Assembly: GCA_018646625.1 (NCBI GenBank)
Contig: JABGUJ010000001.1
Coordinates: forward strand, 379,534-443,533
DNA from: Candidatus Woesearchaeota archaeon
GTDB taxonomy: Archaea > Nanobdellota > Nanobdellia > Woesearchaeales > JABGUJ01
Direction of reading: 5' to 3'
Length of the DNA: 64,000 nucleotides
The position numbers were made by a program, and so were the translations under genes. Positions within the stretch are counted from its first letter, which is position 1; every line of letters begins with the position of its first letter. Below, one piece after another: positions 40,932 to 50,494 of this stretch. Below the pieces are notes generated by a model. The model did no database searches. It worked only from the letters and a program-made list of their open reading frames with translations, and was not told the origin of the DNA.

Positions 40932-41720
40932 TTAAGAATTTTTTTCTTGTTGTTCTTTCAAAGCTACTAGCTCTTCAAAATGATCGTTGGCGGCAACAAT
41001 GATACCTTCGGTTTGTTTTTTATTGAAACTTACTCCCGACAATGCAGAAAATGAATCCACTGACGCCTCTTTAGATGGAATCTCGAAGTTCATCAACACC
41101 CCATCTTCCATTTCATATATTGGGGTGAGCTTTGCATTAAATGCTTCTTTTGCCACTTGTATAGTCTTAGATTGTGGAAATGAAGAACCAACCGGAGTTG
41201 GAGAGAAAATTTTAACATAAGATGGGCCTGTAGATTTAAGTGCCTTATCGACTTTATTCACAATATCTAACGGAAACGCAACACTTGTTGTAGCTGCATA
41301 CGTTATTTCTGGAGATTTGTCTACTTCTGTGCCCTTACCATCTAAAAACACATAGCACACATTAGATGCATACTTCTTAAGCATTTCAACTTCGGCCTCC
41401 CTTTGCGCCTTAGTTGTCTTTTCATCTACTAAAACAAGCAGATTATATATCTTATTACCTTGATTCATTGATGTCTCGACACCCAGCGCTAATGATGCTG
41501 GACAGTCATCTGTATGTATGAATGGAATTTTCCATGATGGTTGAATAATATTTTTTGCTGAATTTTTAACAAAACTTGAAGAACTTACGACAATAGTATT
41601 CTGACCTGCTGCTTTCAGTGCAAGCCTGGTCGCCAATACTTTTCCACACCCTGGAACCCCTTCATGTCCTGGGCTGATGTACTCTTCAATTGATAGACCG
41701 TTTATTTCGTTTTTGTTCAT
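40932..41720 (-). CDS. porB: Degenerate pyruvate:ferredoxin oxidoreductase beta-subunit homolog (TPP and Fe-S motifs lost)
   Basis: 'PGHEGVPGCG...RLALKAAGQNTIVV', 'WKIPFIH', 'YAATTSVAFPLD..NKV.KAL...GPSYV.I.SP.P.G', 'PIYEMEDG' follow PorB; no GDG motif. Confidence 0.75.
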   Translation of the reverse strand: MNKNEINGLSIEEYISPGHEGVPGCGKVLATRLALKAAGQNTIVVSSSSFVKNSAKNIIQPSWKIPFIHTDDCPASLALGVETSMNQGNKIYNLLVLVDEKTTKAQREAEVEMLKKYASNVCYVFLDGKGTEVDKSPEITYAATTSVAFPLDIVNKVDKALKSTGPSYVKIFSPTPVGSSFPQSKTIQVAKEAFNAKLTPIYEMEDGVLMNFEIPSKEASVDSFSALSGVSFNKKQTEGIIVAANDHFEELVALKEQQEKNS

Positions 41721-41992
41721 ATTTTTTCAACCTTATTGTTTGCTTCAGCAGCCCTGATCTTGGCTTCAATTGTTTTTTCTCTTGCCCATTTGTCGTTGCC
41801 ATCACTTTCAAAATCCACTTTCACTGAAAGTCGCTTACCACAATCACATTCAAACATTTTGTAATGAATGAATACGTGGTGCTCCGACCTGAAGTCCTCT
41901 GGATCTATGTTGCGTTTGCAATATGGACAAATGTCCAATAAGTCGTCCTCTTGAATACTATGAAAGACTGTCGTCCCTAACACCTCGGTCAA
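41717..41992 (-). CDS. Small Zn-ribbon-like protein inside the por-like operon
   Basis: CPYC...CDCGK; TTG start with GGAG upstream; 4-nt overlap with the porB-like gene. Confidence 0.7.
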   Translation of the reverse strand: MTEVLGTTVFHSIQEDDLLDICPYCKRNIDPEDFRSEHHVFIHYKMFECDCGKRLSVKVDFESDGNDKWAREKTIEAKIRAAEANNKVEKI

Positions 41993-42033
41993 CTCCTGTT
42001 ATCCCCTTATTATCTATACGAGCGACTACTATG

Positions 42034-42978
42034 TCACTTAAGTTTCAATAAATCTTCGTAACCTTTGTAATTTAGTTTCTCGATTTTCTTATCTTTCAAC
42101 GACTGTTTTACTTGAGAAAAGAAAGAAAGATCTTTCTTTTCAACTACTACAACTGAATCAAAGTCTGAACATAATTTCGTGATGTGGTCTTTAGGAAATG
42201 GATTAATACATCTGACCCTAATTACCGAGTAATCTTTTATTTTATTCTCATTAAGATGTTGTTTTATTTTTCTGAACAAAGTACCGTATGTAACAATAAC
42301 TTTAGAACTTCCCTTTACATCATAACTCTCTGTTATTCCGTTACCTAAATCAATCCCTACTTTTCTCTTAAAATCTTTCGCGACTGCGGATATTGTGCTA
42401 AATATCTTTTCATCGTCGAACACAGAACTTCCGTTGTGTTCCACAGTATTCAAACACTCTGGTTTTTTAGGATTGAGGGTTATATGATCGGGTCTATAAT
42501 TAGGAAGTAAATTCTTCACAGTTGTTTTTTGCGGAAGATCAACAACTTCACTCGTATTTGATAGTTCTGGATCAATAACTAATTCAACAGGCAATAATAT
42601 ATCTTTATTCTCTGCAATGGAAAACGATTGCAATGCCGTATCAGTTAATTCTTGTAAACTTGAAACATAAATCTGAACACAATTCTTATTTGAATAGTTT
42701 TTAGCGAGAATAACTATTGGTAAACCGAGTTTCTTACACTCCTTCACGCTTTTGCCAACACCATTACCATCAAGTATGGCTAATGTTCTAGAACCAAATG
42801 AATTTGCACCCATTGCTGTATTCATGGTGGCTTTATCAGAATATAATTGTAATATGTTTTTTTGGAGCTTGGGTACATATCTACTAAACCCATCGGATGT
42901 TGATGCGACTACTTCTGGTTTGCTAATATCTACAATATACGAAAATGCCTTCTTGATATCAACTAGATCTCTGGTCAT
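42034..42978 (-). CDS. porA: Degenerate pyruvate:ferredoxin oxidoreductase alpha-subunit homolog
   Basis: 'GANSFGSRT', 'LPIV', 'VQIYVSSLQELTD...QSFSIAE...LLPV.LVID', 'VIVTYGT', 'RCINPFP', 'VVVVEK'; no YPITP motif. Confidence 0.75.
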   Translation of the reverse strand: MTRDLVDIKKAFSYIVDISKPEVVASTSDGFSRYVPKLQKNILQLYSDKATMNTAMGANSFGSRTLAILDGNGVGKSVKECKKLGLPIVILAKNYSNKNCVQIYVSSLQELTDTALQSFSIAENKDILLPVELVIDPELSNTSEVVDLPQKTTVKNLLPNYRPDHITLNPKKPECLNTVEHNGSSVFDDEKIFSTISAVAKDFKRKVGIDLGNGITESYDVKGSSKVIVTYGTLFRKIKQHLNENKIKDYSVIRVRCINPFPKDHITKLCSDFDSVVVVEKKDLSFFSQVKQSLKDKKIEKLNYKGYEDLLKLK

Positions 42979-43169
42979 TTTGTCGTCTTCAGCTCCAACG
43001 CTTTAAACGGGCACTCCTCTACGCAGATTCCGCACGATTTACATTTCTCGTGCTCGATGTCAAACCGTTTGTCAATACATCCGTCTGGACAGTACATCCA
43101 ACAGAAGCCACACTTCGTGCACTTCTTTACATCCCTTACTGGCTTAACTTCATCACCCATTTTTTGCAT
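42975..43169 (-). CDS. porD: 2[4Fe-4S] ferredoxin, POR delta-subunit type
   Basis: CTKCGFCWMYCPD and CKSCGICVEECP; position between the gamma-like and alpha-like genes. Confidence 0.85.
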   Translation of the reverse strand: MQKMGDEVKPVRDVKKCTKCGFCWMYCPDGCIDKRFDIEHEKCKSCGICVEECPFKALELKTTK

Positions 43170-43180
43170 CTCTTGATAGT

Positions 43181-43720
43181 TTATTTCAAAACATCAATAC
43201 ATGACTTAAACTGTTTTTTAACTTTATCTTTATCAACTTGATCGTCTATCTTCTCAATACTTTTTATGATCGATTTAGGACTAAATTGATTAGTATTTTG
43301 AACTAGTGTTGCAAGTACTGGTAACACTAATCCTTTTGGAAACGCTTCTTCATCGGAAGAAAGTATTTCGTTAACATTTACACTTCTTAATTTATTTTTT
43401 AGTTTAATCGTTCCAGATAATTCTTTAGAATCTTTTTTAGTATTAACAATCACCATGCCGCTTTTCTTTACTCGTGACATTATGCTTTCTGATTTCAGAA
43501 ATTTTTCATTCATTAAAAAAATACAATCTGCTTGTCCGCTGTATACCTTGCTCACTGGCTTGTTATCTAGCATTACACAAGTCTCAGAGATCTTTCCCGT
43601 GTTCTCCCAGTAAGAATAGACTTCTTTTCCCTCAAAAAAGGCAGATTCCGCCAAAATGCTGCTCGTTTGAGCGGCATCAGCCTCATCACACCCAAAAACC
43701 AAGATTTCGTACATATTCAC
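43181..43720 (-). CDS. porG: Degenerate pyruvate:ferredoxin oxidoreductase gamma-subunit homolog
   Basis: 'YEILVFG......SSILAESAFFEGK', 'DNKPV', 'GMVIVNT'; GRGGQG loop replaced by GCDEAD. Confidence 0.7.
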   Translation of the reverse strand: MNMYEILVFGCDEADAAQTSSILAESAFFEGKEVYSYWENTGKISETCVMLDNKPVSKVYSGQADCIFLMNEKFLKSESIMSRVKKSGMVIVNTKKDSKELSGTIKLKNKLRSVNVNEILSSDEEAFPKGLVLPVLATLVQNTNQFSPKSIIKSIEKIDDQVDKDKVKKQFKSCIDVLK

Positions 43721-43825
43721 TCTTCTTTTCTAAATTGGGATTTAAAAAGATTTGCTGTGACTCAACAGTGCTTATTTTTACGATTTTTCAATACCTTTAA
43801 AAATACGCACAATCTCCGCTTTAGA

Positions 43826-44833
43826 ATGGCTAAAACCGCATATTCAAACAATATTGGTTGTTACGTAGTTGATGAGAATACGCAGATTGTAGATAGTGTT
43901 ACCTTCAATCTTAGCAAAGAAAACTTCGAAAAACTGTCCAAATCTGAGTGGTTAGATGAAGAAAAGGCCTTAATCAGTAAACATAACGCAGTATTCCTTG
44001 GTAAAAAGCAAAATTCTGAGAAATTACAATTAACTGATGATCCTAAATTACTAAGAAGAATTTTAAATTCACTTTCAGATAAAATAGATCTTAAAGAATT
44101 AAGAATAAGAAATATTCTCGAAACCAAGATTGCAATTGCAAATTCATTAACCAAAGATATGTTGCTAGTGCAGTCGATAAACAACGTAGAAGAAATTGAT
44201 AAAGTTTCTAATACTTTGGCTAAAAGGTTAAGAGAATGGTACGAACTTCACAATCCGGAGTTTTCTAGATCAATTGGAGATCATTATAGATTCGCAAAAA
44301 TTATGCTTGAAAAAAACAAAACCGAGTTGTTAAAAGAAATTAATGTTGATGAAAACCTATCTATGGGTGCGAACATATCTGATATTGACTTGTTTCAAAT
44401 AAGAGAACTAGCTAAGCAAATTGTTTCTCTGAAAGAACTTAAAACAAAGCACGAATCATATGTTTTAGAAATTATGGAAGAACTATGTCCTAACATGCTA
44501 GCCATGACTGGTGCACTTATTGGGGCAAAATTAATAGCAATCGCAGGAGATTTGAGAAGATTAGCATTATTCCCTGCATCCACTGTTCAGCTTCTAGGCG
44601 CCGAAAAGGCACTATTTCGCCATATTAAGACCGGTAGTAGGCCGCCTAAATTCGGCGTTTTGATGCAGCATCCATTGGTCGCGAGTGCTCGAAGATGTGA
44701 TATGGGCAAGGTTGCAAGAGCGTTAGCTAACAAAATTACTTTAGCATTAAAAGTTGATATTTACGGAGATAAAGCATCAGATAGTTTTGGTAAGAAATCA
44801 CTCTCAGATTTAGAAAAGAAATTCAAAAAATGA
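43826..44833 (+). CDS. nop5: C/D box sRNP protein Nop5 (Nop56/58); start taken at ATG 43826
   Basis: 'RLREWY.LH.PE', 'CPN.....G..IGAKLI..AG.L.RLA..PASTVQLLGAEKALFRH', 'PPKFG'. Confidence 0.95.
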   Translation: MAKTAYSNNIGCYVVDENTQIVDSVTFNLSKENFEKLSKSEWLDEEKALISKHNAVFLGKKQNSEKLQLTDDPKLLRRILNSLSDKIDLKELRIRNILETKIAIANSLTKDMLLVQSINNVEEIDKVSNTLAKRLREWYELHNPEFSRSIGDHYRFAKIMLEKNKTELLKEINVDENLSMGANISDIDLFQIRELAKQIVSLKELKTKHESYVLEIMEELCPNMLAMTGALIGAKLIAIAGDLRRLALFPASTVQLLGAEKALFRHIKTGSRPPKFGVLMQHPLVASARRCDMGKVARALANKITLALKVDIYGDKASDSFGKKSLSDLEKKFKK

Positions 44834-45501
44834 TAAAAGAACACAAGTTTCACGGAGTATATGTAGAAGAAGGACGTAAAAAAAGATTCTTCACTAAGAA
44901 CTTAGTTCCTGGTAAAACTGTTTATACTGAAGATTTAGTTAGACGAGGCCGAGATGAATATCGAACTTGGGATACTAAAAAAAGCAAACTTGGTGCTGCT
45001 TTAGCAAAAGGGGTGTCTCAAATTGGAATAAAACCTGGCAACACTGTACTATACTTAGGTTGTGCATCTGGTACTACCCCCTCCCATGTATCTGACTTGG
45101 TCGGAAAAGATGGCTTTGTTTTTTCATTAGACTTTGCACCCAGAGTTATGAGAGAAATAGTGCCAGTGTGTGAAGATAGATCTAACATGTGCCCAATAAT
45201 CGCTGACGCATTTCATCCCGAGAATTATTATCATCAAGTCACTCTTGTGGACGCAGTATTTCAAGATATTGCACAACGAAATCAATCGGAGATATTCCTT
45301 AAGAACTGCAGAGTTTTTCTTAAAAACGGGGGATTTGGCATCTTGGTTGTAAAAGCAAGAAGCATTGATCAAAAAAGAAAGACCAAGGCAATTTTTGCAC
45401 AAGTTAGAACTGAATTAGAAAGAGAAATGGTCATTGTCGACTACAGAACTCTCGATCCTTTCGAATTAGATCATTGTATTTATATTTGTAAAAAGAAATA
45501 G
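44830..45501 (+). CDS. flpA: Fibrillarin-like rRNA/tRNA 2'-O-methyltransferase
   Basis: 'TKNLVPGKTVY.E', 'EYR.W...SKL.AA', 'VLYLG.ASGTTPSHVSD', 'DIAQ.NQ', 'KARSID'. Confidence 0.97.
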   Translation: MIKEHKFHGVYVEEGRKKRFFTKNLVPGKTVYTEDLVRRGRDEYRTWDTKKSKLGAALAKGVSQIGIKPGNTVLYLGCASGTTPSHVSDLVGKDGFVFSLDFAPRVMREIVPVCEDRSNMCPIIADAFHPENYYHQVTLVDAVFQDIAQRNQSEIFLKNCRVFLKNGGFGILVVKARSIDQKRKTKAIFAQVRTELEREMVIVDYRTLDPFELDHCIYICKKK

Positions 45502-45522
45502 TTTCAAAAAGAGGAGATAACA

Positions 45523-46050
45523 TTGGCCAGAAAAAAGAAAGAGAATATTCTAAACATACCCAATGCATTATCATTACTAAGAATACTGCTTGTACCATTT
45601 CTAGTTATACAACTTCTTGGAGAAAATATTTTAGGATCTTTACTTATTTTAGCAGTTATAATGTTATCTGACTTCTTTGATGGACTAATTGCAAGAAAAT
45701 TCCATCAAGTAACAGAGTTTGGAGATGTATTAGATATGCTTGGTGATTTTTCATACTATCTTGCAACTTTAATTTCATTCTATGTTCTTGGTTGGCTTAA
45801 TCTACTTAACAAACTCCTACTGCTAGCTGCAATCCTTGTAATGTTTCATTTTCTTTATTCTCTTTACAAAAAGAATAAATGGCACTCCTTGCCTCATTTT
45901 AAATCCGCTAAGATCATGGCTGTGATGTATGTAATTTCTTTTGTAATTATGATTATACAGGTGCCTTATGCACAGTGGTTCTTAACCATTACATTTTTTG
46001 TGACTTTTTTCTACACCTTTAGAGAGTATTTGCAATACTTTAAACACTGA
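45523..46050 (+). CDS. CDP-alcohol phosphatidyltransferase family protein (PgsA-like)
   Basis: 'NIPNALSLLRI', 'DFFDGLIARK...TEFG..LD...D'. Confidence 0.88.
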   Translation: MARKKKENILNIPNALSLLRILLVPFLVIQLLGENILGSLLILAVIMLSDFFDGLIARKFHQVTEFGDVLDMLGDFSYYLATLISFYVLGWLNLLNKLLLLAAILVMFHFLYSLYKKNKWHSLPHFKSAKIMAVMYVISFVIMIIQVPYAQWFLTITFFVTFFYTFREYLQYFKH

Positions 46051-46129
46051 ATTTCGTATTCTAAGGCGATCTAGTGCACTTTTATAACAATAAAAATCTT
46101 TAAATATCAACCATACAATCCATTGTTAG

Positions 46130-46513
46130 GTGTTTAACTTGACTGACTCAAAAAAGAGAATTGTAATTATAGAAGATGAAGCCAACATAGCAAAGGCAGA
46201 AGAAATGATTCTTTCACCGCACTATGATATTAGTGTTGCATATGATGGAGAAGCCGGGCTCAAATTAGTAAAAGAAATTAAGCCCGATCTAATTGTTTTA
46301 GATCTTATGTTGCCTGAACGTGGCGGATACGATGTTTGTTTTCACATTAGACAAGATGATGCAATAAAAGACACTAAGATTCTGATGGTAACTGCGCTTG
46401 CTCAGAACATCGATAAAGACAAAGGAACATTTGTTGGAACTGATGATTACTTGGTAAAACCGTTCGAGCCAGATCAACTTCTTGATGCGGTAAACAAATT
46501 ACTTTCAAAGTAA
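46130..46513 (+). CDS. Single-domain response regulator (receiver); start may be TTG 46139
   Basis: 'IIEDE', 'PDLIVLDLMLP..GG', 'MVTA', 'DDYLVKPF'. Confidence 0.93.
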   Translation: MFNLTDSKKRIVIIEDEANIAKAEEMILSPHYDISVAYDGEAGLKLVKEIKPDLIVLDLMLPERGGYDVCFHIRQDDAIKDTKILMVTALAQNIDKDKGTFVGTDDYLVKPFEPDQLLDAVNKLLSK

Positions 46514-46514
46514 A

Positions 46515-47999
46515 ATGATTGAATTTATAATTAACTCACTACACGAGCTATTTTCATTTTTAGGTACTTTTCAAGGTGAGTTGTTTAAACATGTAGTAGA
46601 GCTTGCATTATTTCTGTTCGCCTCTTATATGATTTATATTGAATACTTGCAAGAGAGGAAGAAGGAATATCTTTTCTTACTCATTGCATTTCTTACTCTA
46701 ACTCTTACAAGATTAGTTTCATCTGCACTCTTATTCGCTAGTGTATTTGGGGGAGTAGACGTAATTCCTAAAGGGACACTCGTTATTCTAGCCAACATAG
46801 TTGAGGCGGGGGCTCTATTTCTACTTGTAAATTCATTCATATATCCACTATTACCTGCAAATAGCCACTCACGACATAAACGCAAGTTTCTGTTAAGAAA
46901 TACATTCCTTATAGTGGTATTGATACTAATTGGTGTTGTATCGGCAGACCTGATATTTAGAGAAACCTTTGTTAATCGTCAACTATATTTACTTTTCATA
47001 GCTTTTTCCGCTCAAATACTCTTCCTGTACCAAGGATCTTACTTCTTATTAAAACACAGAGGGAAAGTATCATACCAAGATGCGGCAATCATTAGTTTGC
47101 TCGTTTACTCTATTGCCCCTTTGATTAATTTACTAAACATAATAACCTTTGGAAGAACAGGTTGGCTCAATCCCAGTTTAATTGTTGCAGCACACCCATT
47201 TCCCTTTATTGCTGTTGCGCTTCTTTTAAGACTTCTTTATCTTAGATTGGCAAACAAAGCACACTTGTTTGAGAAATTAGAAACTACTCAGAATAAATAT
47301 GAAAAAGAGAAAGAACTTTGCAAGATGAAAGATGATTTCATCTCAGTTGTATCTCATGAATTAAAAACTCCCATTACCTCAATGAAATTATTTGTTTCTA
47401 TGTTGAAAGAAGGAAAACTAGGATCTGTCTCGCCTCAACAAGCCGACGCTTTAGATGTTGTTAGAAAAGAAGGGGATAGACTAAACGTACTAATAGATGA
47501 TGTTTTAACGCTATCCAAGCTTGAAGCCAATAAACAAAAACTCAATAGAGCATCGTTCAACCTTATAGATCTTCTGAAAGATCCGCTTTATCTAACATTA
47601 GCTGCAAAGAAAGGCTTAGCAATAAGGATGCATGTTCCTCGCGATATGGTTGTAGATGCAGATCAGGGAATGATTAAACAGATTTTTGTAAATCTTCTAA
47701 ACAACGCAGTAAAATTTACAGATAAAGGCGGCAAGATCACAGTTAAAGCCGGAGAAGGCAAAAACAAATGGCATTTTTCTATCTCGGATACTGGAAAAGG
47801 AATGTCAAAAGAATCTCTGCCAAAGCTATTTGACAAGTTTTATCAAACAGAACATCACTTGAAACGTTCTAAAGGGGGCTTTGGATTGGGATTATCAATA
47901 GTCAAGCACATTGTAGATCTCCACAAAGGTCAAATTAATGTTGAGTCCGAGATAGGCAAGGGAACCACCTTTTACATAAGCTTTCCAAAAAAGTTATAA
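46515..47999 (+). CDS. Membrane sensor histidine kinase (multi-TM sensor, HisKA and HATPase domains)
   Basis: H box 'SHELKTP', N box 'NLLNNAVKF', 'DTGKG', 'FDKFYQ', 'GFGLGL'. Confidence 0.95.
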   Translation: MIEFIINSLHELFSFLGTFQGELFKHVVELALFLFASYMIYIEYLQERKKEYLFLLIAFLTLTLTRLVSSALLFASVFGGVDVIPKGTLVILANIVEAGALFLLVNSFIYPLLPANSHSRHKRKFLLRNTFLIVVLILIGVVSADLIFRETFVNRQLYLLFIAFSAQILFLYQGSYFLLKHRGKVSYQDAAIISLLVYSIAPLINLLNIITFGRTGWLNPSLIVAAHPFPFIAVALLLRLLYLRLANKAHLFEKLETTQNKYEKEKELCKMKDDFISVVSHELKTPITSMKLFVSMLKEGKLGSVSPQQADALDVVRKEGDRLNVLIDDVLTLSKLEANKQKLNRASFNLIDLLKDPLYLTLAAKKGLAIRMHVPRDMVVDADQGMIKQIFVNLLNNAVKFTDKGGKITVKAGEGKNKWHFSISDTGKGMSKESLPKLFDKFYQTEHHLKRSKGGFGLGLSIVKHIVDLHKGQINVESEIGKGTTFYISFPKKL

Positions 48000-48026
48000 A
48001 TTAACCCCCTAATTCTAAACATCAAG

Positions 48027-49430
48027 ATGCTAAGGTTTCACAATACATTAACTAGGAAAAAAGAAGAATTCAAACCTCTTATTTCTAACGAAGTGAAGAT
48101 GTATAGTTGCGGCCCTACAGTTTACAATTATGCCCACATAGGGAATTTTAGAAGTTTCATCTTTGTTGATTTGCTAAGAAGATACCTGAAGTATAAAGGA
48201 TTCAAGCTTAATCATGTAATGAACATCACTGATGTTGATGACAAAACAATAAGAGATTCACTAAAAGATGGGAAGTCTCTTCAGGAGTTCACTCAACATT
48301 ATACTGCGGAGTTTCTTAGTGATCTTAAAACACTTAACGTAGAAATTCCTGAAGTCATGCCTAAAGCAACAGATCACATACCTGAGATGGTTGAGCTAAT
48401 AAAAACATTAAAAGAAAAAGGGAATGCGTACGAACGTAATGGAACAACCTACTTTAGCATCTCTTCTTTCAAAGACTATGGGAAACTTGCTAATCTCGAC
48501 ACTGAGAATCTTAAGAAGAACGCAGATGGGCGATTAAACAGCTCCGATGAATATGAAAAAGATGACGCTCGTGATTTTGCACTTTGGAAGCCATGGGAAG
48601 AATCCGATGGAGATGTGTTTTGGGAAACCGACATAGGCAAAGGTCGTCCAGGGTGGCACATTGAATGTAGTGCCATGTCTACAAAATATCTTGGAGAAAC
48701 ATTTGACATTCATACAGGGGGAGTAGACTTAGTCTTTCCTCACCATACTAACGAAATTGCACAAAGCGAATGCGCTCATTGTAAAACTTTTGTAAATTAT
48801 TGGTTACATAATGAACACCTTTTCGTTAATGGAGAAAAGATGTCTAAATCTGCGGGAAATTTCTTTACTCTGAGAGATCTATTAGAAAAAGGATACTCGC
48901 CTATGGCCATTCGTTACCAGTTTATTGCATCACATTATCGTCAACAACTAAATTTCACAGAAGATGCGTTAAAACAAATTCCTCAAACTCTACAACGATT
49001 CTATGATTTTATTGACAAACTTGAATCTTTGAGTGCTGGTGAAGAAAACTCTAATGTTTCTGATCTAATAACTGTTGCAAAGAAAGGATTTGAAGAGTCA
49101 ATGGATGATGATCTTAATATTAGTGGCGCATTAGCTGCAATCTTTGACTTCATGAGAGAAATTAACAAATTAATGTCTGAGAATAAGATTGGTAAAAGTA
49201 ACGCCAAAGATGTTTTACACTTAATGAATGAATTTAATCAAGTACTTGGAGTTTTTGATCATGAAAAAGGCGAGATTGCTGAAGAAGTTGAAGCTTTAAT
49301 TGAACAAAGACAAGAAGCAAGAAAGAATAAAGACTTTGCAGCTGCTGATAAGATTAGAGATGATCTTAAAGAAAAAGGAATAATATTAGAAGACACCAAA
49401 GATGGTGTCAAATGGAAAAAAATAAATTAG
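48027..49430 (+). CDS. cysS: Cysteinyl-tRNA synthetase
   Basis: 'CGPTVYNYAHIGN', 'DFALWK', 'GRPGWHIECSAM', 'FPHH.NE', KMSKS. Confidence 0.98.
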   Translation: MLRFHNTLTRKKEEFKPLISNEVKMYSCGPTVYNYAHIGNFRSFIFVDLLRRYLKYKGFKLNHVMNITDVDDKTIRDSLKDGKSLQEFTQHYTAEFLSDLKTLNVEIPEVMPKATDHIPEMVELIKTLKEKGNAYERNGTTYFSISSFKDYGKLANLDTENLKKNADGRLNSSDEYEKDDARDFALWKPWEESDGDVFWETDIGKGRPGWHIECSAMSTKYLGETFDIHTGGVDLVFPHHTNEIAQSECAHCKTFVNYWLHNEHLFVNGEKMSKSAGNFFTLRDLLEKGYSPMAIRYQFIASHYRQQLNFTEDALKQIPQTLQRFYDFIDKLESLSAGEENSNVSDLITVAKKGFEESMDDDLNISGALAAIFDFMREINKLMSENKIGKSNAKDVLHLMNEFNQVLGVFDHEKGEIAEEVEALIEQRQEARKNKDFAAADKIRDDLKEKGIILEDTKDGVKWKKIN

Positions 49431-50395
49431 TTCTCGTCACCACATCTTGCTCTGAAGGCAGCATTATTATGCGCGGAAACACGTAAAAACTCTTGTGTAT
49501 CATGATGTCTTACTTCTGCACAATACTGAGTAAATAGGTGAGAGATTCCACCTTCTAGATTACCTGTTGCCTGAACATGCCAGTGATCAGCAACGTCGTC
49601 TTCTGCAGGCATCTCGCAATCACAAACGTGAGCGCTAGAATACAATAAATCATCTACTCTTGCTCTTGCTTCGCCAAGTAAGTCACTTACAGGGATTTCA
49701 TAGCCCCTTCTTGCAATTCTAAATACTGATTTGCTGTCTAGTTCAATCTCTGTAATTGAGGAAGAACCAAATTCAGGGTGTTCGAATATTCTACCGTTCG
49801 TTTTTTTAACAACCGGAGATTCGTCTTTTAGTCTAAGATATACCCCTGCTTCTAGTACTAGCAAAGGATCTAGACACTCTGCACGAGAAATATGATATCT
49901 TGCAGCGCCTTGAGTCCCATTACTGCCTGTAACATCTTCATCTAACGGGTCTTCACAATCTTCATCAGTGTACATAACAATTGCACCAAGAACATCTCCA
50001 AGCTCTCTATGTTCGGAAGGATTAAGTGTTTTAGGATCCGCAAGCGCTTCCGCACTAATTGAAATATCGTATGTTCTAGCAATATATGCTAGAGCCGTAG
50101 TTGTTAAGAAAAAATCATCGCACATCGGACAGTCATCTGCAATAACACCATTAAGAACTTGATTATCTATGGCAATGCCATGTGATTCATCTGCAGATAG
50201 TCTCTCCACTTCTTCTTCAAGAACAGGTGCGGCTGGAGCATCTTGTCGCAACCAAATCTCTTGAGCATCTATACCTGTTTGAACACTTTCTTCAATAGCC
50301 CTACTAGCTAAAGATCTCCTAGGAACATGATTTTTACGTTTACCGGTAACTCTCTTACCTTCTTCTACGCATACGCCAACTCTCCAATTTCTCAT
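49427..50395 (-). CDS. Hypothetical protein (acidic, Cys/His-containing)
   Basis: 322-aa ORF filling the cysS-valS gap; GGAGG SD and TATA-like element upstream. Confidence 0.65.
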   Translation of the reverse strand: MRNWRVGVCVEEGKRVTGKRKNHVPRRSLASRAIEESVQTGIDAQEIWLRQDAPAAPVLEEEVERLSADESHGIAIDNQVLNGVIADDCPMCDDFFLTTTALAYIARTYDISISAEALADPKTLNPSEHRELGDVLGAIVMYTDEDCEDPLDEDVTGSNGTQGAARYHISRAECLDPLLVLEAGVYLRLKDESPVVKKTNGRIFEHPEFGSSSITEIELDSKSVFRIARRGYEIPVSDLLGEARARVDDLLYSSAHVCDCEMPAEDDVADHWHVQATGNLEGGISHLFTQYCAEVRHHDTQEFLRVSAHNNAAFRARCGDEN

Positions 50396-50494
50396 ATTAA
50401 TTCAGCCTCCAACTCCATTTCCCCAAATGGACATCTAATCCGAATATTCTTCAAGAAGTAATATATAAAGGTTACTCTTACGGGGAGACGAAGT

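Noticed and set aside
40932..43720. Calling the por-like genes simple pseudogenes
   Set aside because: All frames are open and coupled, with losses focused on active sites; kept as CDS and reported as a finding
43667..43825. N-terminal extension of the Nop5 ORF
   Set aside because: It overlaps the divergent porG-like gene; a TATA-like element at ~43795-43803 supports ATG 43826
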